A stretch of 63,998 nt of DNA, the filler included, from Basidiobolus ranarum (taxonomy: Eukaryota), in assembly GCA_040143965.1 (NCBI GenBank). It is 3 parts of 3 records of this genome, joined end to end, with 100 filler letters (N's around TTAATTAATTAA, not from the genome) between each part and the next. Parts side by side here need not be neighbours in the genome. Positions count along the whole stretch, not along the records: positions 44,654 to 63,998 come from JASJQH010007128.1; 2 more parts are not named here. One strand, written 5' to 3'. Every line of letters starts with the position of its first letter. The first letter of the stretch is position 1. The position numbers were made by a program, and so were the translations under genes. The notes under the pieces are model-generated. The model did not search any database and was not told where the DNA came from. It worked only from the letters and a program-made list of their open reading frames with translations. Shown piece by piece: positions 53,395 through 63,998 of this stretch.

Positions 53395-55021
53395 TTCTTC
53401 AATCTACCATGTCCATTTAATTATCAAGTATTGGAGAGCTGTAATAAATCCCAGTGAATCCTCACCAGCTCTGGTGGCTAGCTATGAGGGTTCCTGGCTG
53501 TTCTTTGGGTTGCTCCTATTTTATTGTACCAAAAAGGCCTCTCGAGGGGTGCTGCCCTAGATGACTTGTCATTCTAGTGCGGCTGAGATCAAACCCTTAT
53601 AAACGGATCAGGATAATGCCTGCGACGTGATGATGCCTATGGTACAAAAATAGTTGACAAATATTCCCTTTCTTATTGACCGTTTACCAGTATTCCCATG
53701 ACTAACTATTTTTTAGAGTACGAAGAAATCCGAGCCTCTCAGGTAAGTTGAAAATATTTGGATGCTGGTAAACTCTTGAGAAGAAAGTGCTTGTCGTATG
53801 TCTAACTATCTAGGGTCATCTGCATCTCTTGTGAGGTTCTTTACTTTCCAAATGATTTTTCAGTATGGACGTAGACGTAGAAAGTGATTACTTACTAGGC
53901 GCTTACTGTCCCGCGAGATTGAACTACTTAGTAGTTGTGAATTTGGGTGGGGGAACTTTGGATATTGTGTAAACAACTATGCGAAGATGTTTATAGGCAA
54001 GAATCAGGATTTGTTTTGAGTGTAGGGTAATGGTGCCATTGTTTAGGGACATTGGCAATAATTTTTGCAGTGGTGATCCCAGTGTTTGGAATGGTTTCCT
54101 AAAATGTAAGAAGGAAGAACTCCCCACTTTAAGTGCTATTTATCACAGAATCAGATACATGCCCATTACATATTAGACAAGTGGAGGATACCTTTTGCGT
54201 AAGGGTATCCTCCTTGTTGTCCTGGTTACTTCTTAATATACTGGTGATATATATTAGTAGCTAGCACATGGTGATTGATAGATACCAGTTGCACTGTAGA
54301 TTGAATTTACTTAAATCTGAATACTAAGGGGATTTTTTCACGTGGATGGACATCGCAGATTTCAAATCTGAATACATAACCGTTATGGGATTTGTGAAGC
54401 CAAGATGTGTTTTTGGAAATCTCGATTTCATGATTTGAAAAATTGATGGGATTACTAATTACTCACACCTATTATTGTTAACTATACAGTAGGCATTTTC
54501 ATGAGTCACTTAACTGTAGCAGGAGGACCAGAAGATTGTGAAATACGCTACTGCTCAAAACTGCTTCACTTCTCTTACAAGTATTTTTTTGATGCAGCAT
54601 CTATTCACTAAATATTTGTCACACAGATTAGTTAGAGCTGAAATATCAGTTTTTGATGGTATGATGTTACCAATATCGTTATTGATTACAGTTAGGGATT
54701 CAGTTTGAGCTCAGTATGCTTTTTGTACTACGCTGTACATTAGTGGCTACACTATAAATACTATGTAATATAAGCACTAGTTTAAACAATGTGATATACT
54801 TCACAGATATATACAAATTGATATGGTTAGCTAAACATCCATTGATTTTCATGAGTGAGTAGTTCTTGCACCAAAATGATATATAGCATATTCATATTCA
54901 GAGATTATTATTTGGATTCTGATTAAGCTGCATGTGAAGCTGAATTGTGCAATGAATGCAGAGATATAAAATACTTATAAAAAAGGGACTCAGTTTTGAG
55001 CAATAGAGAATCTCTCACCTT

Positions 55022-55300
55022 TGTTGAAATTAGCATAGCCTAAACACCTATATAGTCGCATATAGCTTAGTATTAAGTTATTCTATATTTCAATGAGATG
55101 TCACCCACTATTCTCAAGAAAAGTTTATTTAGAAGTTTGAAGATATATAGATTTTTCAAACCTGTCCGAAAAGCCCCAAACTCTGCACACATGCTCCTGG
55201 GACCTTTATTAGCCTATTCTACACGTTTGTCTGCTTACGTCTTGACAAAAACTATAAATGTCAACTTTCTACTCTGTAAATCAATAAGTGAAAACCACCA
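55022..55300 (+). mobile_element. LTR family copy, 3' truncated or diverged
   Basis: Starts TGTTGAAATTAGCAT and is collinear with 45760 until AAAACCACCA. Confidence 0.78.
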
Positions 55301-55690
55301 GAATTGTGTCAAATAACCGAACTGAGTAGTTATTTCATTACTATTAGCTGTTATTCTCGACATCACTTAAGTTAACATTCTTGAGGTACTCTAGCCTTAG
55401 TACCTAGTGGAATGGCCGAAAGGTTGCAGTTTTATACACTGCAATCTATAACTGGTAACTTCAATATTGGTGTGTTAATATTCACAAATATTTGTATGCT
55501 CAATTTTGTCTCACTCAAATGTTTTTTACTAACGTTGTTTACTTAGTTTTGGTAGAAATAAACGAAACCTGATTGACACATATGAAGTAGATAAGAATAA
55601 TCCCAATTTAAAAATAATTCAAGTTAAAGTTTCCAAGACCAATTGAAGTTCAACTAGCTTGATGTTAAAATTGACGAGTTGAGAATAGAT

Positions 55691-56506
55691 TTAGCTCAAG
55701 TATACGAACCATGCCTTCTTGACACGAACTTCGGCGTCTCCACTTACTCCACTGCGTGACTCAGCATTCTCAGTTTGAGCAAAGTACCCATCTCTCTTAT
55801 TGCCGTCAATCACTACTTGAGTTCCATAATAGATCTGACGGGAGAAGCATTCTCTAAGAGTCATCGTCTTCATTCCAGGGAATAGGATTACATCTTCTTT
55901 GTCATCTGCAAACTTGATGCCTTCCTCGACACCATCACCATTAGGTTTCATTATGTTAGCTTCCTTCACAAAGATGGGATTAGCGCTACTACTATAGATA
56001 GGTTTGGTGGGGTCATATGTACACCCACTTCGACGGCAAGGTATCTCGATGGTATTATCGCAATTATAAGCATAACGGAACCCAGTGTTTTTAGTGTTTT
56101 CGCGGAAAAGGTTTTTCTTGATAAAAAAGTTGTGACACTTTTGTACCACTTTCCGGAATTGGCCATAGATATGACAAGCTTCTTGATTGGTGTCGTAGTT
56201 CTCCAGCCACTCATTACTCATATATGCGCCTTTGTTATTGGCACTAAGAGAGGCAATGTAGTTCAGTTGAGTGTTATCCCTTAATAGTTCAGCGGGGATC
56301 AAGTCAATGTTCTTGATTCTTAGGTCATTCTCAGGTCTAGCAATCTCTTTGATAACATTTGCCCTTATACGTTGACGATTAAAGAAGGAATCAGAGTATG
56401 CTGTAAACTGGTGAGGAAACACCACAGGCTCCACCAGATTTTGGCCTTGGACACTGCCGAGAGTAGCAAGAATGAGTACTGCGAAAAGTGAAGAAGAAGC
56501 AACCAT
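55691..56506 (-). CDS. Secreted hypothetical protein (271 aa, 6 Cys)
   Basis: Intronless ORF with a clear signal peptide (…LGSVQG|QN) and TATAAAT upstream near 56561-56567. No family recognised. Confidence 0.8.
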   Translation of the reverse strand: MVASSSLFAVLILATLGSVQGQNLVEPVVFPHQFTAYSDSFFNRQRIRANVIKEIARPENDLRIKNIDLIPAELLRDNTQLNYIASLSANNKGAYMSNEWLENYDTNQEACHIYGQFRKVVQKCHNFFIKKNLFRENTKNTGFRYAYNCDNTIEIPCRRSGCTYDPTKPIYSSSANPIFVKEANIMKPNGDGVEEGIKFADDKEDVILFPGMKTMTLRECFSRQIYYGTQVVIDGNKRDGYFAQTENAESRSGVSGDAEVRVKKAWFVYLS

Positions 56507-57782
56507 GATATACTTGAATACTGTTGATGTAATAATATCGAGACACTCACATATAGCCGCTATTTATATTTTCAAGTCGAATTCAAAAACTGACAAAGAT
56601 ACTAGTTCCTGGATTCTTTGCAGATTGCGGAGTGATACATGAATTATTTGTGAAGAAATAATAAGGTTTGGTGTCAACGACCACTTGCCTTATTAGGAAT
56701 ATCGAAATTTAAAACCTATCCAATCCACCACTCGTTTCGTGTATTTGGTACAATTTAGTATAGGGTAGTCACTAATAATGGGTTATGGTAGCCTGTTGAG
56801 CCATGGTACAGATGACTCCCGTACAGATTTGTTATTATACGGAGGGCTAATTATGGTAGCGTTGCCCTGTTGGTGATGGCCGTATTTCGTTCTTGGCTAG
56901 AACGGCGTAGATGACTCAATATTCTAAAAACACTCTCTAATGTTATTCCTTCCTTCACCGAATCAATGCTAACCTCGTTCAATAAATGACGTTATATGTA
57001 AAAAGAGTGTGCGGTGCCCACTTGAAATATTCTCATTGATGCTACGGTAACGGACATTCCCCGAGGTGGGCGCTTCAAGATTGCATTCTCTGATTCACCA
57101 ACAGTTAGATGCGAATCATCTGATGAAATATTGGTTATTTCGAAGAATTCGAAAGTACTCGCATCCTATTGGAAAATCAATTGACAATTTGTTGAAATGT
57201 AGAGCAAGCTTTTATGTATCATACCTTAGTGGAAGATTGCCAAGCCCAAGTAGTAACTGTCACAAAATTGGTTAACTATAGATAATCACTAATCTAAAGC
57301 CTTGTTGGCGTCATGTTAATATGCAAGACCAGAGCAATATATTACTAGGATTAATATGATAGTTTAGTGCATCCATCTAATACCAGCCTCATTCAAAAAA
57401 GAATCATATTCAAGAAATACAGTATACACGCAAGTTACTGTCGCCTTGCTTATGGTGCATGCGTTAGAGTATTTAATACGATGACTGTATCCATCAGGGA
57501 CAAAGGCACTCTTCATGTCTAGAGAAAATTCAATGATGAAACTTTATGTTGCAGAAACATGAGATTAAGCTACCTTGATATTCTCCTCATTATGTGCTTG
57601 CAGTTATTTGTGCTCTCATAACAGAAACATATCTTGTAACACTGCTATTCTGGATTAAAAACTTTACTATATCCATGCAAATCATGATTTATAATCCCGT
57701 TGATACTAAGAGAAATAATTTTAAGTGTATCTTAACAACTTGAAGATTTTACAAAATTCTATTTCTGAGGTATATTATAAGA

Positions 57783-58620
57783 ATGAGGCCCACTGTGTTG
57801 ATCCCAGCGACTACGTAAGAAACCAGACCACACAGATATCTAATCTGGATATGTGCCTATTATAGAACTGCCGAGTTTTACATTTGATTTCACAGATACA
57901 TTCAACATGCAAACATCTACAGTTGAAAGGATGGAAGGTGAGAGAATATCACGTTTGGCAATAATAATCATGTTTAATACATGGCTCTCATTCTCTAATA
58001 CCTTTACAGGGAATGTCACCATGCACTTCCAAATATTATCGATGAGAAGTATAGAGGGCACATCTTCTTTTTATAGAATTATATCTTCTCAGTTGGTTAA
58101 AATCCTGTAGCTACCACGTTCATGAATTTTTATATCTTCTTTACACGTTGTTAGCATCTCTAAGAGACAGGTTATATAGAATATATTCATTGACTCTTTC
58201 AGAGCATGGAGTCAATGAATTCTCAATGATGTTTAACAAAGAAACCAAATCCTGCTATTTGGACTATAATAGATTTGCTACCCTTGTTTGGAACATAGCT
58301 ACCCACTTCACCCCGATAAATTCACCAATTGTAAATTAGAAGCAGTATGACTGTTTGAGCAAGAACAGGAAGTGATATTCGGGATTTCGGCATCAGCAGG
58401 CTATGTCTAAGGGCTTAGGAGGCATTAAAAGACATTCTTTATTATATACAGAACAAGCTTTAGATTGCGATTTTGAAGACTTGAAATTTAGATACTGGGG
58501 GTGATGAGCAGGTTATTTTACTGGATGCCAAGACATCTGCCTTTTTAGTGGTTACGATATGGAGGTTGATGTAACTTAGGCTTGCCTTAGGAATGAATTG
58601 GTGAAAGTGACCCAGCACAC
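57783..58620 (+). pseudogene. Decayed paralog of the 55691-56506 secreted protein (tentative)
   Basis: Collinear fragments in several frames: NTWLSFSNTFTGN, FNKETKSCYLDYN, LFEQEQEVIFG, GYF...SGYDMEVDVT, broken by stops and frameshifts. Confidence 0.4.
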
Positions 58621-59657
58621 GTATCCCGCCAAATTCCTTTATAATTTAGAGATCATAGAAAAGCAAGAAAAATACTGTGTTATAAACCGGTTAGAAGAAG
58701 TCGTATACATCACTTCATGAAGAATATTTCGGGAATGAAGTAAGACAGATAGGGAATTGCGCGCTGACACAGTAATAGGTAAACCATCTTCATGAGACGT
58801 AAATAAATAAACCATCTTCAAGTTTGCTCTGGTTTGATTCAGTTGGAATTGAAAACATAAGCTATTCCCAAGGGAATAAAGCCATCTATAATCCCGTATA
58901 ATTACTATGACCATGTACACTTACAGTATCTTATGTTCTGAGATAGCTATTGCTTCCCAAGATAGGTAATGATATAATATAGTTATGGAAATCTACGTAA
59001 TAGCATCTCATGTGATCAAGTAAGAACCATTGTAGAAGCTTTGTATTTCAACACCATGTGGAGATTTTTCGATACATAAAATGGTCGATACAAGAAATGA
59101 CAGTGGTACGGTATTTTCTATTATTGATATATTAGCACCCCAGGAATTTTGGGGGTTACAGTAAATTTTTGAAAGAATACTATCTAGTGAGATTTTCCAT
59201 ATTGGATGAAAGCGTAATAGAGGCGCAAAGAGCGACAATAGTAGAAGTCAATGAACATTTACCTTGATTGTATATACATTACCTATTGAAATCCGAGAAT
59301 CAGGCCTTTCTACCATTGTTCGGGTCACAACGTTTCGCCATGATTTACAGTATGTTTAATGGAGATCATTACCTAGCCGATTGCGTTGTTCGGTTGGCTC
59401 AATCTGAGATCCGCCCTTACTGCGCCTAATCTGAGATTCAAGATAGATGTGTGTAACTGGATTGGAGCGAAGATCCGCAGATATTTAATTAAATATGTTG
59501 ACATGAATAGATACTATTGGTGTACTATTCTCCCATCTTAGGATTTGTCGTTATTAAACAAGGAGAGGGGATAAATAAGAATTGGAGAAATAAGGTGCGA
59601 CATATAAACAGACCAAATATACATGATTTTTGTGATATCCATAGTTACATAGCAATG

Positions 59658-61637
59658 TTAATGCTGAATTGGTAAAGCATAGTAACCGAAAGCTATATCA
59701 AGTAATGCGCTAGCTTCTTGGCGACTTAAATTCTGTTCTGGGCGGAAATCTACTGTACGATTAGGGCTTATCTTTGTATCAGGATCCACAATGCCCTGAG
59801 ACACAAGCGCGGCGATGGCTTCTGCTGCCCAAGTATCTGTCTGACTAGCCAATCTAACCTGGGATTCAGTCGCGGGATTTTTGAGGTTTTGAATCATAAC
59901 AGCTGCCATTTTTCTGGTGATTGGAGCAGTTGGCTGATAATCAGGGACTCCTACCAACATCAATTTCCTGTTTTTTTTGGCTGCATAAGCAATATTTTCC
60001 CATCCATGAGCGCGCAAAAGTACCTCCATAAACTCCTCCTGTGTCATAGTTCCATTAGGATTAAAAAGATTATCTGATTTGCCTCTCATAATATTTAGTG
60101 CGTTTAGATGATCAATATACGGCTTGTATTTGCTATCATTAGGTACATCGGAAAACGGTGTCTTCATGTTGAACTTTTGTGCATACGCAACCAAATCCAA
60201 CCCCTTGGGATTCGTATTGTACATATATGTGATATTCCCAGTAGAATCACGCTTGAAGGCCACTTTACTACCCAATTCATCTTCAAATAATAGAGGATGC
60301 TTCATCTGGAGTGTGTGCTTGCCTGTCGTCCCCGACTCCATCAGTAGTGTTCCGTTCTGATACGAAATCAAAGTTCTCAACGCATGCATACGAGTGTTTT
60401 GGTATATGCCCAGATAATCCTGTGCCGATTGTTCATTTAGAGGCATATAGACTGATGGCAGCGCCTTGTTAGCCTTGGGATAATAGTGATTCATAAAAGC
60501 TTCGTAAATATCCACACTCATCATACAATCACTGCTGTAAGACATGTAAAATGCCGTATTCTTCTCTGGCAAGATAACAACTAGAGATGAATGGCCCGGA
60601 AGATTACCTCCTTTCAGAATTACATGCTGATCGTTCATCAACTCCTTGAAATAACCTTCAAATCCTACGGTAGTAATAGGTATTGTTGGATCAGCAAAGA
60701 TCTGATAGGTATGCATTTGACGGATACTTTTTTGGCTTACGATTCTTTTGCCACCATACTCTCCTTTGTTTAGATGCATGATTAAGTACTTCGCCATGTC
60801 CTCACCTGTCGAGAGCATACTTCCTTGAGGACTTTCGGACGGTGCCAATCCTACTGCTTCCTGAAATTCTCCATTCGGTCCATAGTGAGCAGCCATATTA
60901 GCTAATAACTCTGGTGTAAATTTAACATTGGTTACATTCATTCCAAGAGGTTTGAATATATGTTTTTCCATATATTGTGAGTAAGGGATCCCACTGACTT
61001 TTTCTATTGCGTATCCGGCTAACATGAACCCAAAGTTATCGTATGTATAGGCTTCTCCCGGGGGTCTTATCACAGTAGGCATATGTGTGGTAAGGAATTC
61101 TTTAAGTGGTATATATTGGTTTATGTAATCGGGAGAAAACTCTGACACGATATCTGGAGAATCCACACCACTCGTATACGTCAGCAAGTCATACATTGTT
61201 AGAGGCTTTCCTGTTTTATTCGGTACCTTTAGCCCACCAAGGTATGTTTGTATATCACGATGTAGATTGATTTTACCCCGATCAACAAGTTGCATAACGG
61301 CCAGAGCAGTAAACGATTTTGTTACCGAGGCAATTTGAAAAACTGTGTTTTTATCCACGGGAATTTTCCTCTCCTTATCTGCATAGCCATAACCTTTGCT
61401 TAACATTACATTCTCATCCCGGACAACTACAAAGTTAGAGCCGACAACGTTGAACTTCTTCATTGTACTCGCGAATATGGTATCAGCAAATTCCTCTACT
61501 TCTTTGGCATCTCGTGGACCTCCTAAGCTGACCTTATCTGCAGATATCTCTGGGCCTTTCGAGGCCGTGCAAGTGGTGATAAAGGATGTGGATAGTAGTA
61601 GAGCTGCAAAGCTAGTGTAGTAAATTATTTCTTTCAT
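59658..61637 (-). CDS. Serine hydrolase of the beta-lactamase/class C-like family with C-terminal S-layer homology (SLH) domains
   Basis: Signal peptide, SxxK (FQIASVTK), LLTYTSG, YxN (YTYDN), KGG triad. SLH-like FSDVP...GKSDNLFNPNGTMTQEEF and WAAEAIAALVSQGIV...FRPEQNLSRQEA. Intronless. Confidence 0.92.
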   Translation of the reverse strand: MKEIIYYTSFAALLLSTSFITTCTASKGPEISADKVSLGGPRDAKEVEEFADTIFASTMKKFNVVGSNFVVVRDENVMLSKGYGYADKERKIPVDKNTVFQIASVTKSFTALAVMQLVDRGKINLHRDIQTYLGGLKVPNKTGKPLTMYDLLTYTSGVDSPDIVSEFSPDYINQYIPLKEFLTTHMPTVIRPPGEAYTYDNFGFMLAGYAIEKVSGIPYSQYMEKHIFKPLGMNVTNVKFTPELLANMAAHYGPNGEFQEAVGLAPSESPQGSMLSTGEDMAKYLIMHLNKGEYGGKRIVSQKSIRQMHTYQIFADPTIPITTVGFEGYFKELMNDQHVILKGGNLPGHSSLVVILPEKNTAFYMSYSSDCMMSVDIYEAFMNHYYPKANKALPSVYMPLNEQSAQDYLGIYQNTRMHALRTLISYQNGTLLMESGTTGKHTLQMKHPLLFEDELGSKVAFKRDSTGNITYMYNTNPKGLDLVAYAQKFNMKTPFSDVPNDSKYKPYIDHLNALNIMRGKSDNLFNPNGTMTQEEFMEVLLRAHGWENIAYAAKKNRKLMLVGVPDYQPTAPITRKMAAVMIQNLKNPATESQVRLASQTDTWAAEAIAALVSQGIVDPDTKISPNRTVDFRPEQNLSRQEASALLDIAFGYYALPIQH

Positions 61638-62159
61638 TATAACTCTGTCTTCCCTTTAGCGTGTTGGCTTGGTGTTGATTTCAAGTAGTCGAATATCTCG
61701 AAGGATATAGTACGTGCACAGATGGCCTTTTATCCTAACTTCTCTTGGCCCTCAGTCATGTGATGTTTAGTAGTAAGATGATGATGTAAAAGTATATTTT
61801 ATCAGCCAAAAATACTTGAAATTGCCTCCTTTGTTGGAAAGTTTATTGAGAAATTCCACTATTTCGTATCCTTGGCTTAGATCGTTTCTTTGACTCATCA
61901 GTGATGTAGAAGTTTCGCAAGTATCTGAATCCATTGGGCATGTTCGTCGTTCGTTGTTTCCTTCTATTTCAAGGTGTATTTGAGATTTCTTATAATGTAT
62001 AGATTCTGTCTTTCCATTTACAAGTTTGTTCGGGTATTCCTTTGGTTAGGACTTTTTGAGTAAACGATTCGGAACTATTCCCATACACGCTTTCTGATGA
62101 TATCTGAGATCATGGAGGTTGGCTTCGGATTTGGGATTTTCCATACACCATTGTACGAG

Positions 62160-62210
62160 CCAGAAATTACGAACCAGAAATTACGAACCAGAAATTACGA
62201 ACCAGAAATT
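62160..62210. repeat. 14-bp tandem repeat (CCAGAAATTACGAA), about 3.6 copies
   Basis: Directly visible perfect tandem units. Confidence 0.9.
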
Positions 62211-63789
62211 CACCACTCTATTTCGGACGTGATGTATCACGTGAGGGAGACTCAACTTTTAGATTAGTTATTCAATGTATTTTCATTTGGGAATTGTACC
62301 TTTCTTACTTTCCCATTTGAGCCTGGTTTTGGGATTGACATTCACACGAACCTTCACACGAGCCCGGGATTGAACTCTCTGCATCATGTAAGGATTAAAT
62401 CTAATTATTCCAAAACCAATCCCCCCGTTTTAGACCTAAGAGACCTAATCACCTAGTCTCGTTTGAACCAATAACACTCACCATGTAGATGATTCACTTT
62501 ATCTTAGTTGGTAGATTAGCGAGTTTGGGAGCATCCTTATTCCAGTTCTTTGGAACAAATTCCGAACAAATTCCGTTTCAGAAGACTGGTGTATCTTATA
62601 CTTGCTTTGTCATCGGTGAATTATTGCATGCCATAATATTCCCTCGAGTGATTGTTTGGTATTTAGAGGAAAAGAGGGACTGATACCTTTGTTGTCATTA
62701 GCGAACTTACCACATGAATTTACCATTCCATATATGTAGAGTTAAGAATAGATTTCAAGTATTACGAATATCGAAATCAATTTGATTATGGAAACACACC
62801 ATGAAGATCATTTCTTACATGCCATGTAAGATCCTGTAAACCTATTTGATGAATTCTATTGAGTGAATACTTGGCGTAGAGTTGGAAGTTTTTCTTGGCA
62901 AATATGTAAACATTTATTTGATCATCATACATTACCCCATCTATCAATATTTGTCATGGGAGGTGGGACTTTGCATACAATTTTGAAACCACTACAACAA
63001 ACAAAAGTTTCTGTGTTTCGTACACGTTGATATATTCCTAGAAGTACCCCTACATCTGAAGACATATATATAATTCCATTTATGGGCAAATATTTTGTTT
63101 TAACTTCTCGCGCTGTTACAACATATTACTGGCCGAATCATTCGTTGTTCGATGCAACCCCCGTGTTTACATTCCAATATCAATCAAATCTTCTCCTTTT
63201 TGGTAGGCTTTACTTGGTTTACTGTATAAGTACCTCCTACCGATTACCTAGCCCTCAATATGTAAATTCTCCTGAGGGGTACTATTTGATACCGAGGCTT
63301 GAAGCCCCATTGCCAAGTATATGTATGAAAACTTCGATTAATTATAGTTTTCATCAACGAATTCTAGGCAGAAGTTACAGTGTACCGTTACTTTTCTATT
63401 GGTCTACTTGTAAAGATTATCAGAGCTGTCATCATTTTTAGTCATGCACTAAAGTAGTAAGGAAGAAATATATTAGTCTACTTTATCGTATTTGACTGAT
63501 CATGTTGTCATTTACTAATATATAAGCCTTCAAATATTTTGCCTTTCCTAATAATTTCTTGCTGTGGCTATATAATTAGGTATGCCGAAAACCTCTGGAT
63601 AATACCTTTTAATTATAATTTTGTAGATGGTTTACTTTCAAAATTCATAATCGATAAAAAATCTTATAGAATACTTGAGAGTTGGGCACGAATACTGATA
63701 TTCATCTACCTGGAAGTAAGTTGGTTATGATTTGAACCCCCCTCCCCTCCCAAGGGAGTAAAACCCATTAAACTCAGTTATATATATAT

Positions 63790-63998
63790 TGTTGAAATTA
63801 GCATTGCCTAAACACCTATATAGTCATATATAACTTAGTAATTAGTTATCTTATAACTCACCAAGATATTATCAATTATTCTCAATCGGAATTTACTTAG
63901 AATGTTTTTACCAACTTAGAAGTTCTCAGATATATAGATTTTTCAAACTTGTGCTAGAAGCCCCAAACTTTGCACACATGTTCCTGGGACCATCCTTA
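63790..63998 (+). mobile_element. LTR family copy running off the window end
   Basis: Starts TGTTGAAATTAGCATTGCCTAAACACC, collinear with 45760, with a short internal insertion near 63901-63919. Confidence 0.82.

Noticed and set aside
55098-55316. 72-aa ORF
   Set aside because: Lies wholly inside an LTR copy and is not open in the other copies I compared; chance ORF.
61638-61660. Purine-rich AAAGGGAAG upstream of the SLH-hydrolase ATG as a relic Shine-Dalgarno site
   Set aside because: Poor match to GGAGG, long spacing, and easily arises by chance.
62160-62210. Short direct repeats as a possible CRISPR array
   Set aside because: Units are contiguous with no spacers; a plain minisatellite in a eukaryote.

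Overview
AT-rich eukaryotic DNA with short GT-AG introns, most likely from an early-diverging fungus (Basidiobolus-like; inferred from gene content, not verified). Two 100-nt N/TTAATTAATTAA/N spacers (22245-22344, 44554-44653) split the window into three contigs, so adjacency across them is unproven. Contig 1 holds a complete white collar-1 type LOV-PAS-GATA photoreceptor flanked by three paralogous four-finger C2H2 transcription factors, a peroxisomal acyl-CoA thioesterase, a tiny secreted pacifastin-like peptide and P5C reductase. Contig 2 is mostly housekeeping: mitochondrial glycine carrier, aquaglyceroporin, DCAF11-like WD40 protein, WSC sensor, PKA regulatory subunit, EamA transporter and an HTH protein with an internal stop. 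Contig 3 is an accessory region of mostly intronless genes: two apparently bacteria-derived secreted proteins (a Bacillales-type beta-lactamase-fold/SLH protein and one with an actinobacterial-type C-terminal domain), a sugar transporter, an orphan secreted protein with a decayed paralog, and a small PPPY/His-rich membrane protein. A ~320-bp solo-LTR family occurs in all three contigs. Most notable: the arthropod-type pacifastin motif in a fungal prepropeptide, the horizontal-transfer candidates, and a possible light-regulated WC-1/zinc-finger module. All homology calls are from recall of family motifs; no searches were run.
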